Shown here: one piece after another, positions 27,030 through 41,060 of the stretch
How positions within the stretch are numbered: the stretch's first letter is position 1
Layout: each line of letters begins with the position of its first letter
Source: Eledone cirrhosa
Lineage: Eukaryota
Direction: 5' to 3'
NCBI GenBank assembly: GCA_964016885.1
Contig: OZ024740.1
Coordinates: 399,776,001 to 399,840,000, forward strand
Length of the DNA: 64,000 nucleotides
Position numbers and translations under genes: made by a program
The notes under the pieces: model-generated
The model's database searches: none
Told to the model about the DNA's origin: nothing
The model's input: the letters and a program-made list of their open reading frames with translations, nothing else

Positions 27030-27575
27030 TCCACCAACTGCAACCATTTTTCTAGCAGAACACTTCTGTCATAGCCAGGAGATCCGGAAGTCGCTCCAGG
27101 AAGAGCCGTTAATTCTCTGAATTGAGAGATCACAGCTCAGAATTGAGAGATCCGATACTACGGACGTGTGGTCAGAATGTCTAAGGAAAGAACCGCTGGA
27201 CAGATTTTACGGGCAAAACCACTCGGCAGGTGACCCAGGGGTAGACCTCGAGCAAGATGGATGGTCTCACTTAGGAATCCAACCGGATTAATTGGAGATA
27301 GTTGCCTCAGATAGGACCCACTGGAGGGCGTGTTTGAGAACTCTGCCTCCGAGACCCTCACAGGAATAAGAAGGCAAAGAGTAGGAGGAGGAGGAGGAGG
27401 AGGGGGAGAATAAGAAGAAGAAGAAGGAGGAGGAGGAGGAGGATAAGAAGGAGGAGGAGGATGAGAAGAGGAAGAAGGAGGAGCAGGAGGAGGAGGAGGA
27501 GGAGGAGGAGGAGGAGGAGGAGAAGAAGAAGAAGAAGAAGAAGAAGAAGAAGAAGAAGAAGAAGAAGAAGAAGAA
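27030..27575 (+). mobile_element. RTE-clade LINE 3' fragment with (GGA)/(GAA)n tail
   Basis: Translates LRYYGRVVRM...GR*PRGRPRARW, a typical RTE C-terminus, followed by purine triplet repeats. Confidence 0.65.
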
Positions 27576-27887
27576 TATTTTACAGATATTTTGAAGTTTC
27601 CAGATAGCATGATCATTGGACCAGGGGTGTTGGTATATATCCTGTTGCTCCAATAATGATAGGTATAAAACCGAACGTGCATTTTGGGTACTGGATCTGT
27701 GAACTCTTCATCAATATTCTGTAGATAACCCCCTTCCCCTGTGTCTTACTACATTAATATCGAGCGGGTAAATCACTTCTACAGCAGGTCATATTCTCAA
27801 TTAGTGGTCCCAAACAATAATATCAGGCCAATTCTGTTTTAATTTGGTGGCAGTTTTTATTACATGTATGTATGTATGTATGTATGT

Positions 27888-28475
27888 CGGGTCACTCTTG
27901 AGTAACATGTAACCCAGTACAACCTGTCCATGGTCGGGTCGTCGGCGATTAACTCGGCAACCCCACCAAGTTTACTTGGTGAGGAGGGTGATTTTGGACA
28001 CCCTGCAGGATAAAAAACAAAACCTGACAAAGGGCGGAAGAACTCATAAGAGTCAATGGCCATCCAAAAGTGTGTAAATATGCATATACACATGTACATA
28101 TGTATGGGTGCATGTGTATGTATATACGCGGGGACATAGAAATAGTCGGGCTGGACACCCGATCTCGCGGTTAAACCACTGGGAGTGAAGGACCCCTAGC
28201 CTTTCTCATGGCATTCTTCTAGGAGAAGGCAACTCAGGAAACTGGGATAACTCCGATATAAAACCTGCGGCTCAGTAGTTACCGATGATGTTGATCTTTT
28301 CTTCTTTTCGGGTTATAGCTACTGTCACCCAGAGAGTGGGATTGGCTCAGTGCACAGTCTTTCCTTACTTTAAAAATATCTTCATGCACAGGCATTGCAC
28401 GATAGAATTAATTAATAATGATTAATAATGGTATATCGTGCAATGGCCATACACGATAACGAGGGGACATCCATT
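27888..28475 (+). mobile_element. Diverged subfamily of the (TATG)n-flanked RTE-like non-autonomous element
   Basis: Shares cccagtacaacctgt, ggcaaccccaccaag..cttggtgaggagggtga, aagagtcaatggccatccaaaa and ctaggagaagg with copy 1. (TATG)n on both sides. Confidence 0.7.
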
Positions 28476-28950
28476 ATGTATGTATGTATGGATGCAGCAT
28501 GTATGTATGTATGTATGTATGTATGTATGTATGTATGTATGTATGTATGTATGTATGTATGTATGTATGTATATATGTATGCATGGTGTATGTGTGTGTA
28601 TGTATGAATGTGTTAATGCAGCTGTAGATGTTATGAATACTCGTGAAAACACCTGGAGGAAATGAACCAGTAGGAGTCGTTTACCCACCTCAGAAATCCC
28701 TGTAAGACATCCATCTGGAAAGCTAAACATTACACGGCCTTCTAATGCCCTCACACCATCGAAATTACAGGTCACCCTCGTCCTTTACCGTAAGAGATCC
28801 AACAAATTAGGAGAAATCTTTCTATTCATCAGTTGTTGATACAAATGAGTGAGAATGTAAAGTCTTGCTGATAAAGCCATTGCATTTATTACTCAACATC
28901 GTAGGCTTACAGCGTGTCTCCTTTCAATTTCTGTATATATATATATATAT

Positions 28951-29025
<75 letters not shown>

Positions 29026-29064
29026 AAGGGAGAGAGAGTGTGAGAGAGATTGATATATATATAT

Positions 29065-29267
29065 AACGAAGGAAGTGTGGTAAGGAACCAGATAGACCAT
29101 AACGCACCAGAGTACTCAATACTTAGGGTAGTAGAGTGGGTAATAGGAAAATGTTTAAGACCCCGACGGCAGAGCTCAAGCCGTTTCGACAGCTATTTCT
29201 GGACTCCAGAGTCCAGAAATAGCCGTTGAAACGGCTTGAGCTCTGCCGTCGAGGTCTTGAACATTTT

Positions 29268-29271
<4 letters not shown>
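29065..29271 (-). mobile_element. Penelope-like terminal fragment with a fold-back hairpin and the 3' half of a hammerhead
   Basis: Palindrome 29144-29271 centred at 29207. Contains GAAAC-ggc..gcc-GTC. The same element recurs at 39965-40082. Confidence 0.6.
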
Positions 29272-29319
<48 letters not shown>

Positions 29320-29327
29320 CATGTGTG

Positions 29328-29404
<77 letters not shown>

Positions 29405-29411
29405 ACACACG

Positions 29412-29446
<35 letters not shown>

Positions 29447-29711
29447 GTGTGTGTATGTTCTATGTGGGGGCACCAAACAATCACGTATATCAAATAACTG
29501 CCAGGCCGTTGGTTGAATGGATAACATTCGCAAGAGGCTTACGTACCTCCCAATTTATGAATTAAAGTAGTCACCCACCAAATTTGTCAAATCATACGCT
29601 GACTACCTATTCTCCGAAACTCGGCTTACGCAACCAGACCAAAATGTATGTATGTATGTATGTATGTATGTATGTATGTATGTATGTATGTATGTATGTA
29701 TGTATGTATGT

Positions 29712-30312
29712 CAGGTCACCAGTTGGTGCTACTGGTAACATGTATCCCAGTACAACCTGTCCCATGGTCGGGTCGTTGGCGACTAAACTGGCAACCCCAC
29801 CAAGGTTTCTTGGTGAGGAGGGTGACTTTGGACATCCTGCAGCACTAAAAACAAAACCTGTCAAAGGGCAAAGGAGCTCTTAAGAGTCAATGGCCATCCA
29901 AAATCACCGGGAGAGATGACCCCTTAGCCTTTGTCAAGGCAGAATTCTAGGCGGAGGAAAACTCTGATATAACACCTGCAACTCTGATGGTATCCAATGA
30001 TGTTGACTTGTTCTTCTTTTTGGTAAATATCATCTTGGTTAAGAGAGTGGGACTGGCTTTGTGCAGTGCCTTTGCTCACTATAAAAGCTTCACGGCACAG
30101 GCATTGCTTTGTATCCGGAGATCTCTCTGCACTTGTCATCAAATGGTACCATGGGCCCAGCACTATGTGTCAGTAATTGTCACAAGTGTAGTGTTTGTAC
30201 CAGAGTTTTCAAGTCGCTGGCTGAACTAAAAAGTCACACTCGTTCAGCGCATCGGTAGGGGTTCTCCTACATGGATATAAAGTAGTGGCCGTACTCGAAA
30301 ACGAGTTGGCAG

Positions 30313-30314
<2 letters not shown>
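29712..30314 (+). mobile_element. Non-autonomous RTE-like element, copy 3
   Basis: Same 5' junction as copy 1 (tatgt|caggtcacc). The 3' end runs into (CT)n. Confidence 0.75.
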
Positions 30315-30390
<76 letters not shown>

Positions 30391-31230
30391 CATATACACT
30401 CTACATAGAGTTGCGACCGATAGAGAGTATCAGCAATTGGAAAGACAATTGGATACATTGTTTCTTAGGTCCGATTTGACGAAAATTGATATATATATGT
30501 TGATATATATATATATATATATGTATATGTGTGTATGTGTATATATATGTATATATATATATATATATATAAGTATATATATATATATATATATTATTTT
30601 TATATTCTTTTAATTTCCCCTCATCTTTAACAGCATTTTTCAACTGCATCTAACTCTTATTTATCATATCTATATGTATTAGTATAATTTTATCAATATA
30701 AATATACCCATCAATTAAATTAATTTTATATTCTTTTCATAGATGTATTTTTTTCACTAACATTCTTATCTTAAAACTTTGGTCACCTTAGATATTTGTA
30801 TTGGCATTACTATTTTATAACAGCAACTGCTTGTATACCTTTTACTGACCACCTGACCTAGTTTCACCCCTAAAATAAGCTTCAATTACTACTATTTTAC
30901 CATTTGGCCAATTATTAACTTTCTATTGGTTAATTCTAAACCTCTTACCAAACAGACAGAATATATTGGATCTTTGTTGGTTTTATTCAATGAACAAATA
31001 AAATTATTTCTGAGGTCAGCATAAGACCTATTTCTTCCCTAAAATAATCCTTCATTCATAATATTCTTTTCCATCCAAAACTGAAATCTACCGTCCTCTA
31101 CCCATAATTTAAGGTTCTTCTACTACTATATTACTATCTTGACCCTCACTATCTCCTGATTGGTCAATTCAAAACCTGTTCCCAAACAGACCTATTGTAT
31201 TGAATCTTTGTTTTTATCAATAAACAAATA

Positions 31231-31372
31231 TCATTATTTCTGAAGACAGCATATATATGTGTAGGTATGTATATCCCCTCTGATAGTTTGTATAAATATT
31301 GTACATAGATCTATAGAATATGCATACCAACTCTAACACATATATATCCTAGAAACGATCGTAAAATGATGA
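31231..31372 (+). ncRNA. Type I hammerhead ribozyme with long stem II (predicted)
   Basis: tcattattt-CTGAAGA-c-ag..atatatatgtgt...acacatatatat..ct-a-GAAA-cgatcgt-A-aaatgatga: 9-bp stem I, palindromic stem III ACGATCGT, GUA site. Confidence 0.7.
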
Positions 31373-31424
31373 ATTTTTTTTAATATAAGGAACTGTTTCT
31401 TTGTTTCTTCATTATTTTATTAAT

Positions 31425-31727
<303 letters not shown>

Positions 31728-32485
31728 TTCATGGGATCTCGTATTTTAATGTTAGTCATAAACCCACTCGTTACTTTAGAACAACTTGTTTGCAAAATAT
31801 ACATCATACGTAGAAAAATAAAACAAATAAATACAGATTTTTAGAGAAAAATGAATGAATCAAGATGTGATTTATAAAAATGGCAGCAACGGATGGCTTT
31901 AACGCTAAATTAAACGAAAGGATACTAGAAAAAGCAATTAGGGTGAAATCAATTTTCAAAACAGAAATATATTTAGGGAATGGTTTAATAGAAAACACAG
32001 ATCATGAGTTATATCTACGGTTGAGAAGTTGTTTTTTCAAACACCCTAAAAAGAACAAAAATAAAGATAAAATTTATGAGTAAACTATATGAGTAACTTG
32101 AGCACCATCATCCACTTTGAACGACAACATCCGTAACAACAACAGTAGAATAGCAGCACTTTCAACAAGCCTCTTTTTGGGAAATCGACTCAAGATGTCG
32201 AAAGTAATTCTTTATGAAACTTATAGTGGCGTTGTTTTTTTTTACGTATGTGTACGTGAATATTGTCAATGCTTGTATGTATGTATGTATGTATGTATGT
32301 ATGTATGTATGTATGTATGTATGTATGTATGTATGTATGTGTGTATGTATGTATGTGTGTATGTATGTATGTATGAATGAATGTATATATAAATATATAT
32401 ATATATACACATATACAAGTATATACATATATATATATATATAATATTGTTATACTTTGGGAATATATATATATATAATATATAT

Positions 32486-32562
<77 letters not shown>

Positions 32563-33478
32563 TACACAAATCTAGGCTGCATAATTTTAGTATCCTTAAG
32601 CGAGATATGTATTCACTGGGAGTTCACCATCACTCTACATGTTGTCAGTACTATGATTTAATGTTTATGTAAATTTAAGCATAATGGAAAAAAATATGAA
32701 ATATTTACTACAAGTTACCTCTTAGAGAATGTTACCGTGAATACTAACCTCGTCAACTACTGTTGACAGAAAGACCGTTATTTCTTTATCCTAACAATAT
32801 ATAGCGCTTGTTGATAGCACGAGTTGATGTTATATAAATTGATCAGGGACTGTCAAAGGAACGAGGAGGCCATTTTATGTATCACAGAAAAATACTGTCT
32901 TAGAAGGGTAGTAAAGACACCTTCAGAGTACTTTACTAAAAACACATTCAGAATACTTGACTAAAGGTTGTAAACACAACTGAAACCGGTAAAGGGAAAA
33001 ACATATATATATATAAATAATCATCGAATTATTGGCACATGAATACAGAAACCTTATATATACATAGATATATGTCCTATTTGTACTCTTTGTTTTATCA
33101 CACATACATCATACTAGCAGAAAGATTTATTTTTCTGATGCACGATCCAGCATTTTAAAATGGTACTCTCAATTAAATTGTGCGAAACCATATTACTGAG
33201 TTGAGGGCTGATGAGGGTCGAGATATGTATGTGTGTAAATTTGTCTTGTACATCGCCTGTCTTTATTTCCTTCTTCCGGTCACTTCAGTTCACTTCTCCT
33301 TGTCTTCCTCCTCTTTCAATCTTTTCTATATTTCATCTGCCTGTCACCCACCTTGTGGATTTCTCTGTGTTGACCTCTGGCCGCTGGTCTCTTGTCCTCT
33401 GAGGTACTTTTTCCCATCGCTGTCTTTGAGAGCATTTAGTTGTTTTAACGACTGTTCTAGCAATGAGTATTCCCATTT

Positions 33479-33565
<87 letters not shown>

Positions 33566-34369
33566 TGTGTGTGTGTGTGAGTGTGTGTGTGTGTGTGAGT
33601 GAGTGAGTGAGTGAGTGTGTGTTTTGTTTGTTTGTTTGTGTGTGTGTGTGTGTGTGTCTGTATCTGGGTGTATATTTGTGTTTGTCCATGTATGTATATG
33701 AGTGTGTATGCGTATGTAACGTCATTTCTTTGCTTCTGTATTTGTATGTGCGTATGTTTCAATGTGTGTGAGATTATCTGAATATTTCAGTGAGTCTATC
33801 TGTACCACATGTATGAAATTAGTTAACGTACTGGCAATGAGAGAAAGGTGGATAAGATCTTTGCATAAACCAGTATCTCATATCTGAGAGGAATGTTACA
33901 TTCCAGTTTACAACTGAATTTACTCGTTTGACCCAATGATATCCAAAGTGGGCACTACCGCTTTTCTGGGGCCAGTGAGAGACTCATGACATGCACTGGA
34001 ATGCAATTTAGTGGTGCTGAGTTATCGTTGGAAGACAAAGAGTGCTGTGGGTTGAAACTGGCAAAGTATACCAAATAGTAGTTTTTACTAATGAGTGTAT
34101 AAAAAGTTTTAAAATTTATTTTTGTATTTGTTTTGCAAATGTGAAATCGTGTGTTGAAAAAGATACTTTCATACTTTGGGAGGGTCATGCTGCCAATAAA
34201 AAAAAAGCACACGCTCCAGTTGAATTTCCATTTGGGTTTTTATTAGTTAGGTAACACTAATCAACAGAATGTGTGACGAAAGGGCTTTGACAATCAAACA
34301 TGACAATTAAATAACCATCTGGTTACTAAATTAACCGAGAAATGGAAATATTTACCTAAATAATAATTT

Positions 34370-34515
34370 GTTCTACTTTTATTTTACTGGTACTTTTATT
34401 TTATCGACCCCGTAAGGATGAAAGGCAAAGTTAACCTCGGGTTAACTCAGAATGGCAAGGGCCGTAATTCTATGCGTCATAGCAAGGCGTCCAACCCTCT
34501 ATCGATACTGCCAAT
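34370..34515 (-). mobile_element. tRNA-derived SINE, family 1 (partial)
   Basis: ttatcgaccccgtaaggatgaaaggcaaagttaacctcgg. Confidence 0.75.
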
Positions 34516-36208
34516 CCAAACCGAAGCAAAACTCAATTGGAGCGTGTGTTTTTATTTGCACCAGTAAATTCCTAAAGTATAACAATATAAAAATGTTATG
34601 TATATTTTTTAATCAATATTAGCTGATGAAATATATTCTATAAAAAGTAAATCAAAATATGGGGACTCTCGATTGATCTATCACTCTGCATTTAATCAGA
34701 CCTGTTAACTCTCCTCGTCTGACGGGGAGATCTGCCTCCCCAAAGTGGGTGGGATAGAGATTCCTTCTCTGGCGGAAATGGGTATAGCTTTCATTATGTA
34801 AAACCTCCCCATTTTGCCTCATTTCTCCCCGTTTTGGGGCACTTTTTACATGGTACTCTCCGTTTTGATTTTTAATTCAATGATTAATTAACGATATTAC
34901 GGTCATAGGGACTTAAATTAATATTTAAGTCTTTGCGACCAAACACAGTGAATGAGGAAAGATAATTTTATGAATTTAATGAAAATGTAGTTAGTCTAGT
35001 TGTTTTGAACATAAACGATTAAACAACCATGACAAACATTATTGGGGCAATATCAGCATATATTTAATACTGAAAGTTCTTATGGGTAACAACTCATATC
35101 AAAATGAGATGTCATTACTGGTTAATACTTAAAGAAACACTAGGCAAGATTTAACGTATCCAGAAGGCAAATCACGAGCAGAAAGAAAAGAAACATAAAT
35201 ATCACCGTCTCAGTACAAATTCAATGTATTATGTTATGAAGGAAATCAAAAGATATTGATATCTCGTTCGTTCGTTTGTTCGTTCGTTCGTTCGTTCGTT
35301 CGTTCGTTCGTTCGTTCGTTCGTTCGTTCGTTCTTCTTCTTCTTCTTCTTCTTCTTCTGTGACACGCAGGTACTAAGCCGATCGACACATTTCTGGGTGG
35401 GTGTGGGAGGAGTGCTTTCATTGGTGTCAAATCCGGGTCGGAATAGATATCTTAATGTAATTTTGACACCTCTATCAACGCTTTAGTGACAATTACCATT
35501 CCTTGTGCAATAACACGACTACTTACTAACTAGATCAATACAGTACTCGGACTAAGATTGCTAAAAGTTTAGTTTCACAGATTCCGTGGGTGAGAAATAT
35601 TTCCAATATAATAACAGAAGATTCGAACGTAGCAACATAAGGTTCATATTAAAGCATTCAACTGTCGAAGCAGACTCCACTATGTGAATAATATATTGAT
35701 TACAGATATTTCCCTATCCCCTTCCTCTGTCGTTAATCAAATGCTAATATAATGAACTATGTTTACAGGTCCATGGTCCAAAGCACTGTGTAAATGATGA
35801 CATGGTTGATGGAAAACCTTTGAACAAATGTGGTTAAATATATGGTAAAGGATATTGTTTACCATTTCACAAAGCGAAATATCTATGAATTTTATTTGCC
35901 TTATTGCAGCCAGGTTTTATTATTATTTTCATAACGTACGTTTGTTTAGGAACTGGTTCTTTCTAGGACTGTAACTCATGAAAAGCTTCAAAGCCGTTTG
36001 GTAAGTCCACCCACAAAATATATTTACTTCCCGATATTGCTTTACTGTCAAGTCATTGGGTGCATATATATTTATTTTAGATAATCGAAATCCTTTTTGT
36101 TGCAATAAAGATACACACACACACACACACGCACACACATATATATATATAAACATACGTACATACAGGCATATATACATATATTTATATATATATATAT
36201 AAAATCAT

Positions 36209-36303
<95 letters not shown>

Positions 36304-36580
36304 AATACATGAGTATACGTATAATTGGATTTTGAACCTATGAATATAAAAGTCAATATTCTATGTTCAATCAAGCAAATAAACATGTATGCATGAATTA
36401 TCTATCCAAATATATAAACGCATGCACACACATATATCGCTATAAACTTATAGATTCTAGATTTAATAGGTTGGCATGTTAGGTCACTTATCGCAAAAAT
36501 TAAGTAACCTAACCAATAAAGTGTTGGTTCGATTTCCACGAGTGGTGATGCCTGCTTTTAGACTAGTATATATATATATA

Positions 36581-36720
36581 CTCATTTCTACAGCTGAGTA
36601 AACTGGAGCAACGTGAAATAAAGTGTCTTGTTCAAGGAAACAACACATCACCCGGTCCGAGAATTGAACTCACAACCTTTTGATTGCAAGCCCAATGCTC
36701 TAACCACTAAGCCATGCGCC

Positions 36721-36724
<4 letters not shown>
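36581..36724 (-). mobile_element. tRNA-derived SINE, family 2 (CORE-like), inverted partner of 36804-36950
   Basis: Reverse complement of 36804-36950 with a few mismatches. Confidence 0.8.
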
Positions 36725-36803
<79 letters not shown>

Positions 36804-36806
<3 letters not shown>

Positions 36807-36950
36807 AAGGCGCATGGCTTAGTGGTTAGAACATTGGGCTTGCAATCGAAAGGTTGTGAGTTCAATTCTCGGACCAGGTGATGTGTTGTTTCCTTGAGCA
36901 AGACACTTTATTTCACGTTGTTCCAGTTTACTCAGCTGTAGAAATGAGTA
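36804..36950 (+). mobile_element. tRNA-derived SINE, family 2 (CORE-like)
   Basis: A-box tggcttagtgg, B-box gagttcaattc, then ccttgagcaagacact..cagctgtagaaatgagta, resembling a CORE domain. Confidence 0.8.
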
Positions 36951-37436
36951 CTACAGCCAGTGGGATGGCGTTATCTTATGGCTAAAACAGGTGATCAAGC
37001 TGATATATATACATATATATATATATATATAATTGGATATTTAGTATAATTGGATATATAGTATATATAATTGGATATTTAGTATAGTATAGTATATTTG
37101 GCAATATACCGTATGTTTAATTATATATATATCTTCCTGTTATTTCATGCGTTAACCTAATATATTCCTTTCATATACTGTACCGATTGTGTTGTTATTC
37201 TGTTTACCTTTTACACTCACACACACACATATATATATATATAGTGAAATAAAATAACAAGGACGATTGGTTACTCCTTCATTACGTTTATTGGATGGTG
37301 ACGCGCGTTCTGCCACTGATAATCCGTAGCTCTGTAATTCGCGGTTCATCAGACCACTTGTAATGGTAACTCCAAGTTACACTCCCTGGATATATATAGA
37401 TATAGATATAAAATTAGAATTGGTGCTCTGAAATAG

Positions 37437-37495
<59 letters not shown>

Positions 37496-37961
37496 CTAGA
37501 GTATATATATATATATATATATATATACTCTAGCACACATATGAAGAACAGCTATTTTTAGACACAACGTAATTCTAGTATTATCTTTATAATTAAGGCT
37601 TTTAATATTTTCCTAAGTTATGTTTATTTGGTAAAATAAATTTCTCAAATCCATAATCAATGTGACTAGATATTCATAGTCTCGTCATCTGGGTTAAGTG
37701 ATGTGGCGTGTATTTCTGCGGTAAATGTGTATACAGTAAATAACAGACAAATAAAAGACAAAAATGAGGAAAACGAAAATTAAGAAAAATTTTACAAAAT
37801 TAATGCATTCGAAGAAGAAGAAGAAGAAGAAGAAGAAGAAGAAGAAGAAGAAGAAGAAGAAGAAGAAGAAGAAGAAGAACTACCACCACCACCACCTTAC
37901 AACGTCAGAAATCACGGATTATTACCATTAAGTGAAAGTGAATTTCTTTACTTGTAATATT

Positions 37962-38080
37962 GTTTCTACGTTTGGCACAAGGCCAGCAATTACCCAGTGC
38001 ATTACTGGTACTTTATTTTATCGACCCCGTAAGGATGAAAGGCAAAGTTAACCTCGACGGGATTTGAACTCAGATCGTAA
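37962..38080 (-). mobile_element. tRNA-derived SINE, family 1 (head truncated)
   Basis: Same core as 25843-26010. Confidence 0.75.
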
Positions 38081-38196
38081 TATTTACTTGTAATATTAAT
38101 ACACTCAACTAGTAGACAAGTGAGCATTCTTTGTGTACAAAAGCCATATGTAATTCATACCATGTATCAATATACTAAGTATTGTTTCTCTTGTGC

Positions 38197-38275
<79 letters not shown>

Positions 38276-38281
38276 TCTCTC

Positions 38282-38346
<65 letters not shown>

Positions 38347-38997
38347 GTCATTTATATTCATTTTGTCATTACTATAACAGATGTCCGACTAGCTTTTGAT
38401 TCTAGAGTCCGGCCAGATCGAACCTTGAGCTGATCAATAGCGAAACGCACGTCACTAATCAATAAACGCAATGAAGGCTTAACAAATCGTCCTTGTATTA
38501 TATATATAGTAGACAGATATATAGACAGATATATACATACATACATACATCATATATATATATATATATATATATATGATGAATTCCAACCGTGACCATC
38601 TCCCCTGAAAGTTTTCATGAAATAGTCTTTAAGACTATACAGAGCATTTGAAGTTTTTCCAAATTGAAGGATAAGTATTTTGAACTTTATTTTATCATGA
38701 ATTAAGGCTCTATTGATTTTTCCCTGGATTTCACTAAATTCTGTTGATGAATTTATATCCTGATTCTCTTTGAGATGAGTTTAAATTATTTTTCCCACAT
38801 CTTACGTTAACTATTTTTCCCATTTTGACGCTATAGTCACTTATATATTATGGAATGCTGTTCGCTTTTCGCTGCAGTGTTTTCTATACCTTTCATTTAT
38901 ATATATATAGATATATATGAACTATATCTTTCCATTGGAAATTCTCTGAATTTCCAATCTTTTGATTAGCGAAACCGTCGGTCATGGCACTAGAAGA

Positions 38998-39092
<95 letters not shown>

Positions 39093-39121
39093 AAATGTGT
39101 GTAATCCTTGGTACAGTTAGG

Positions 39122-39598
39122 TATATTAAGATAGGGAGGAAGAAAAAAATGGCTTCACTTGTGCTTTCAACAAATTTATTTTCTTCACAAAATCCCAAAA
39201 GAATTTTTTTCCGGATTATAAAAAATTTTTTTCTTAAAAAAAATTATTTTATAAATTAAGTTGTTGGTTGCTGGTTAGGTCTTAGGAGTTCTTGGTTAAC
39301 GTATGAGGTATTGTTTCGTTTTTAGAACGACCTTTCATGCTGAGGTGCGCTTGTCAAACTGTTTGACAAGCGCACCTCAGCATGAAAGGTCGTTCTAAAA
39401 ACGAAACAATACCTCATACGTTAACCAAGAACTCCTAAGACCTAACCAACAACCAACAACTTAATTTATAAAATAATTTTTTTTAAGAATAACATTTTTT
39501 CTAATCCGGAAAAAAACTCTTTTTGGATTTTGTGAAGAAAATAAATTTGTTGAAAGCACAAGTGAAGCCATTTTTTTCTTCCCCCCCTATTTTAATAT
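39122..39598. repeat. Near-perfect palindrome, arms about 238 bp, 1-nt spacer at 39360
   Basis: gaggtgcgcttgtcaaac-t-gtttgacaagcgcacctc. The arms match outward to the flanking (TA)n with scattered mismatches. Confidence 0.92.
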
Positions 39599-39825
39599 AT
39601 ATATATATATATATGTAGGAGGTGAGTTTTATTGTAGTACAATAAAGCAATGCAGATATCGGATAAGAAGCACTCTACAGTTTGTAGGACTGGAGTATAC
39701 ATAATATATAAGATCAAAAGATGGTTAAAAGAGTTCCATGTATTTTATTATGCGCATTTCAAAAACATGTTGATTTAAAACTGCACTATTCACAAGTGTT
39801 TTTTAACCTTCATATCATGTCTTCC

Positions 39826-39896
39826 TATTTTATCTGATGAAAACACAAATATTATTGCATGATGATATTTGTTTTTGAAATGCGCATAATAAAATA
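39826..39896 (+). ncRNA. Type I hammerhead ribozyme (predicted)
   Basis: tattttat-CTGATGA-aaacacaaatatta..tgatatttgttttt-GAAA-tgcgcat-A-ataaaata: 8-bp stem I, palindromic stem III ATGCGCAT. Its 3' half is inverted at 39705-39768. Confidence 0.72.
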
Positions 39897-39924
39897 CATG
39901 GAACTCTTTTAACCATCTTTTGAT

Positions 39925-39967
<43 letters not shown>

Positions 39968-40149
39968 CAAAGGAATTGTGGTAAGGAACCAGATGGACCA
40001 TAACGCACCAGAGTACTCAATACTTAGGGTAGTAGAGTGGGAAAGAGGAAAAAGTATGACCCCGACGGCAGAGCTCAAGCGGTCAATGTTACTGTTGATG
40101 TGGAAATTTCCAGAGTCGGTTAGAACTTTTCGGGTTTTAAAAATCAATG

Positions 40150-41060
40150 GTTTGGATCTCCTCTAGCGTCCAGTCAAGTGTTAGCACAGGCACAGCAAAC
40201 ACATTGTAGGTCATTGATATATTGTGCAGAGAGTTCCGAAGTGCATATGTTTCTTATTCAGATGTTATATTCCCAGGTTACGCGTTATTTGTTACAAATA
40301 CCATCATAGGATATATTTTCATCTATCTTTTAGTATCTGTAGCAGTTTTCGTCAGATACTGGTGAAACAGTCAGGTCATTGATAGAGACTGGCTTGTAGT
40401 TTTTTCCTCGCTTTACAATTAAATAGGAACATTTATTCTGGCCAAACTCCATTTCTATATCTCTGGAGAACGTCGTAATCAGGTCAAGATTTTTCTTTAT
40501 ACCATTTATATTCTTGATATATAAAGTTTTAGATAATCCACAAAGAATCTGTGTCAGGTTAGTGTTTCTCGCCTCTTGTGAACCAATTACAGACCCTTCA
40601 TATTTCCTCAGCATAAAGGACAAGGGATTTATTGAGAGTATAAATAGTATCATAAAGAGACTGTTTCCTTAAAAGATACCCCTGTGATATATTTTATCAG
40701 TGACAATATAGTACTCTTTCTCTGCATTTAAATTCAGGATAGTGGCCCAGGAAGAAGATATGTTCTCTATGGCTCTGATAATAGTATCAGGGACTTTAGA
40801 AAATCGAAGGTCCTTGAGCATCCAAGAGTGGGGAACAGACCCGAATGCTCTCTTGTAGTCCAGTATCGTATCTATGACATCGCAGGTTTGTTAATTAGGA
40901 GTTGCCCACACCCGAAATTCCTTTCTTCCAGGTGCTTGCTCATCTGTAATGATTTTGTTATTGTTACAGTGATCCCGGATGAATAGGTTCAGACAGACTG
41001 TATACATTTTATTCATTGGGTTCTGGTATGCAGTAGGTCGGTAGATTTTTTGCCAAGTGG
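40150..41060 (-). pseudogene. Decayed RT of an R4/Dong-like non-LTR element
   Basis: Minus strand gives LDYKRAFGSVPHSW, ILFILSINPLSFML and TFSRDIEMEFGQNKC..YRY, which resemble R4-clade RT motifs. Confidence 0.6.

Noticed and set aside
27158-27682. Poly-Ser/Pro and poly-Phe ORFs
   Set aside because: Antisense translation of the (GGA)/(GAA)n tail of an RTE fragment.
31880-32200. Short non-repetitive ORFs that might be host exons
   Set aside because: No recognisable domain or convincing splice structure.
36808-36885. tRNA-like sequence
   Set aside because: It continues into a SINE body and has an imperfect cloverleaf, so it is a SINE head rather than a tRNA gene.
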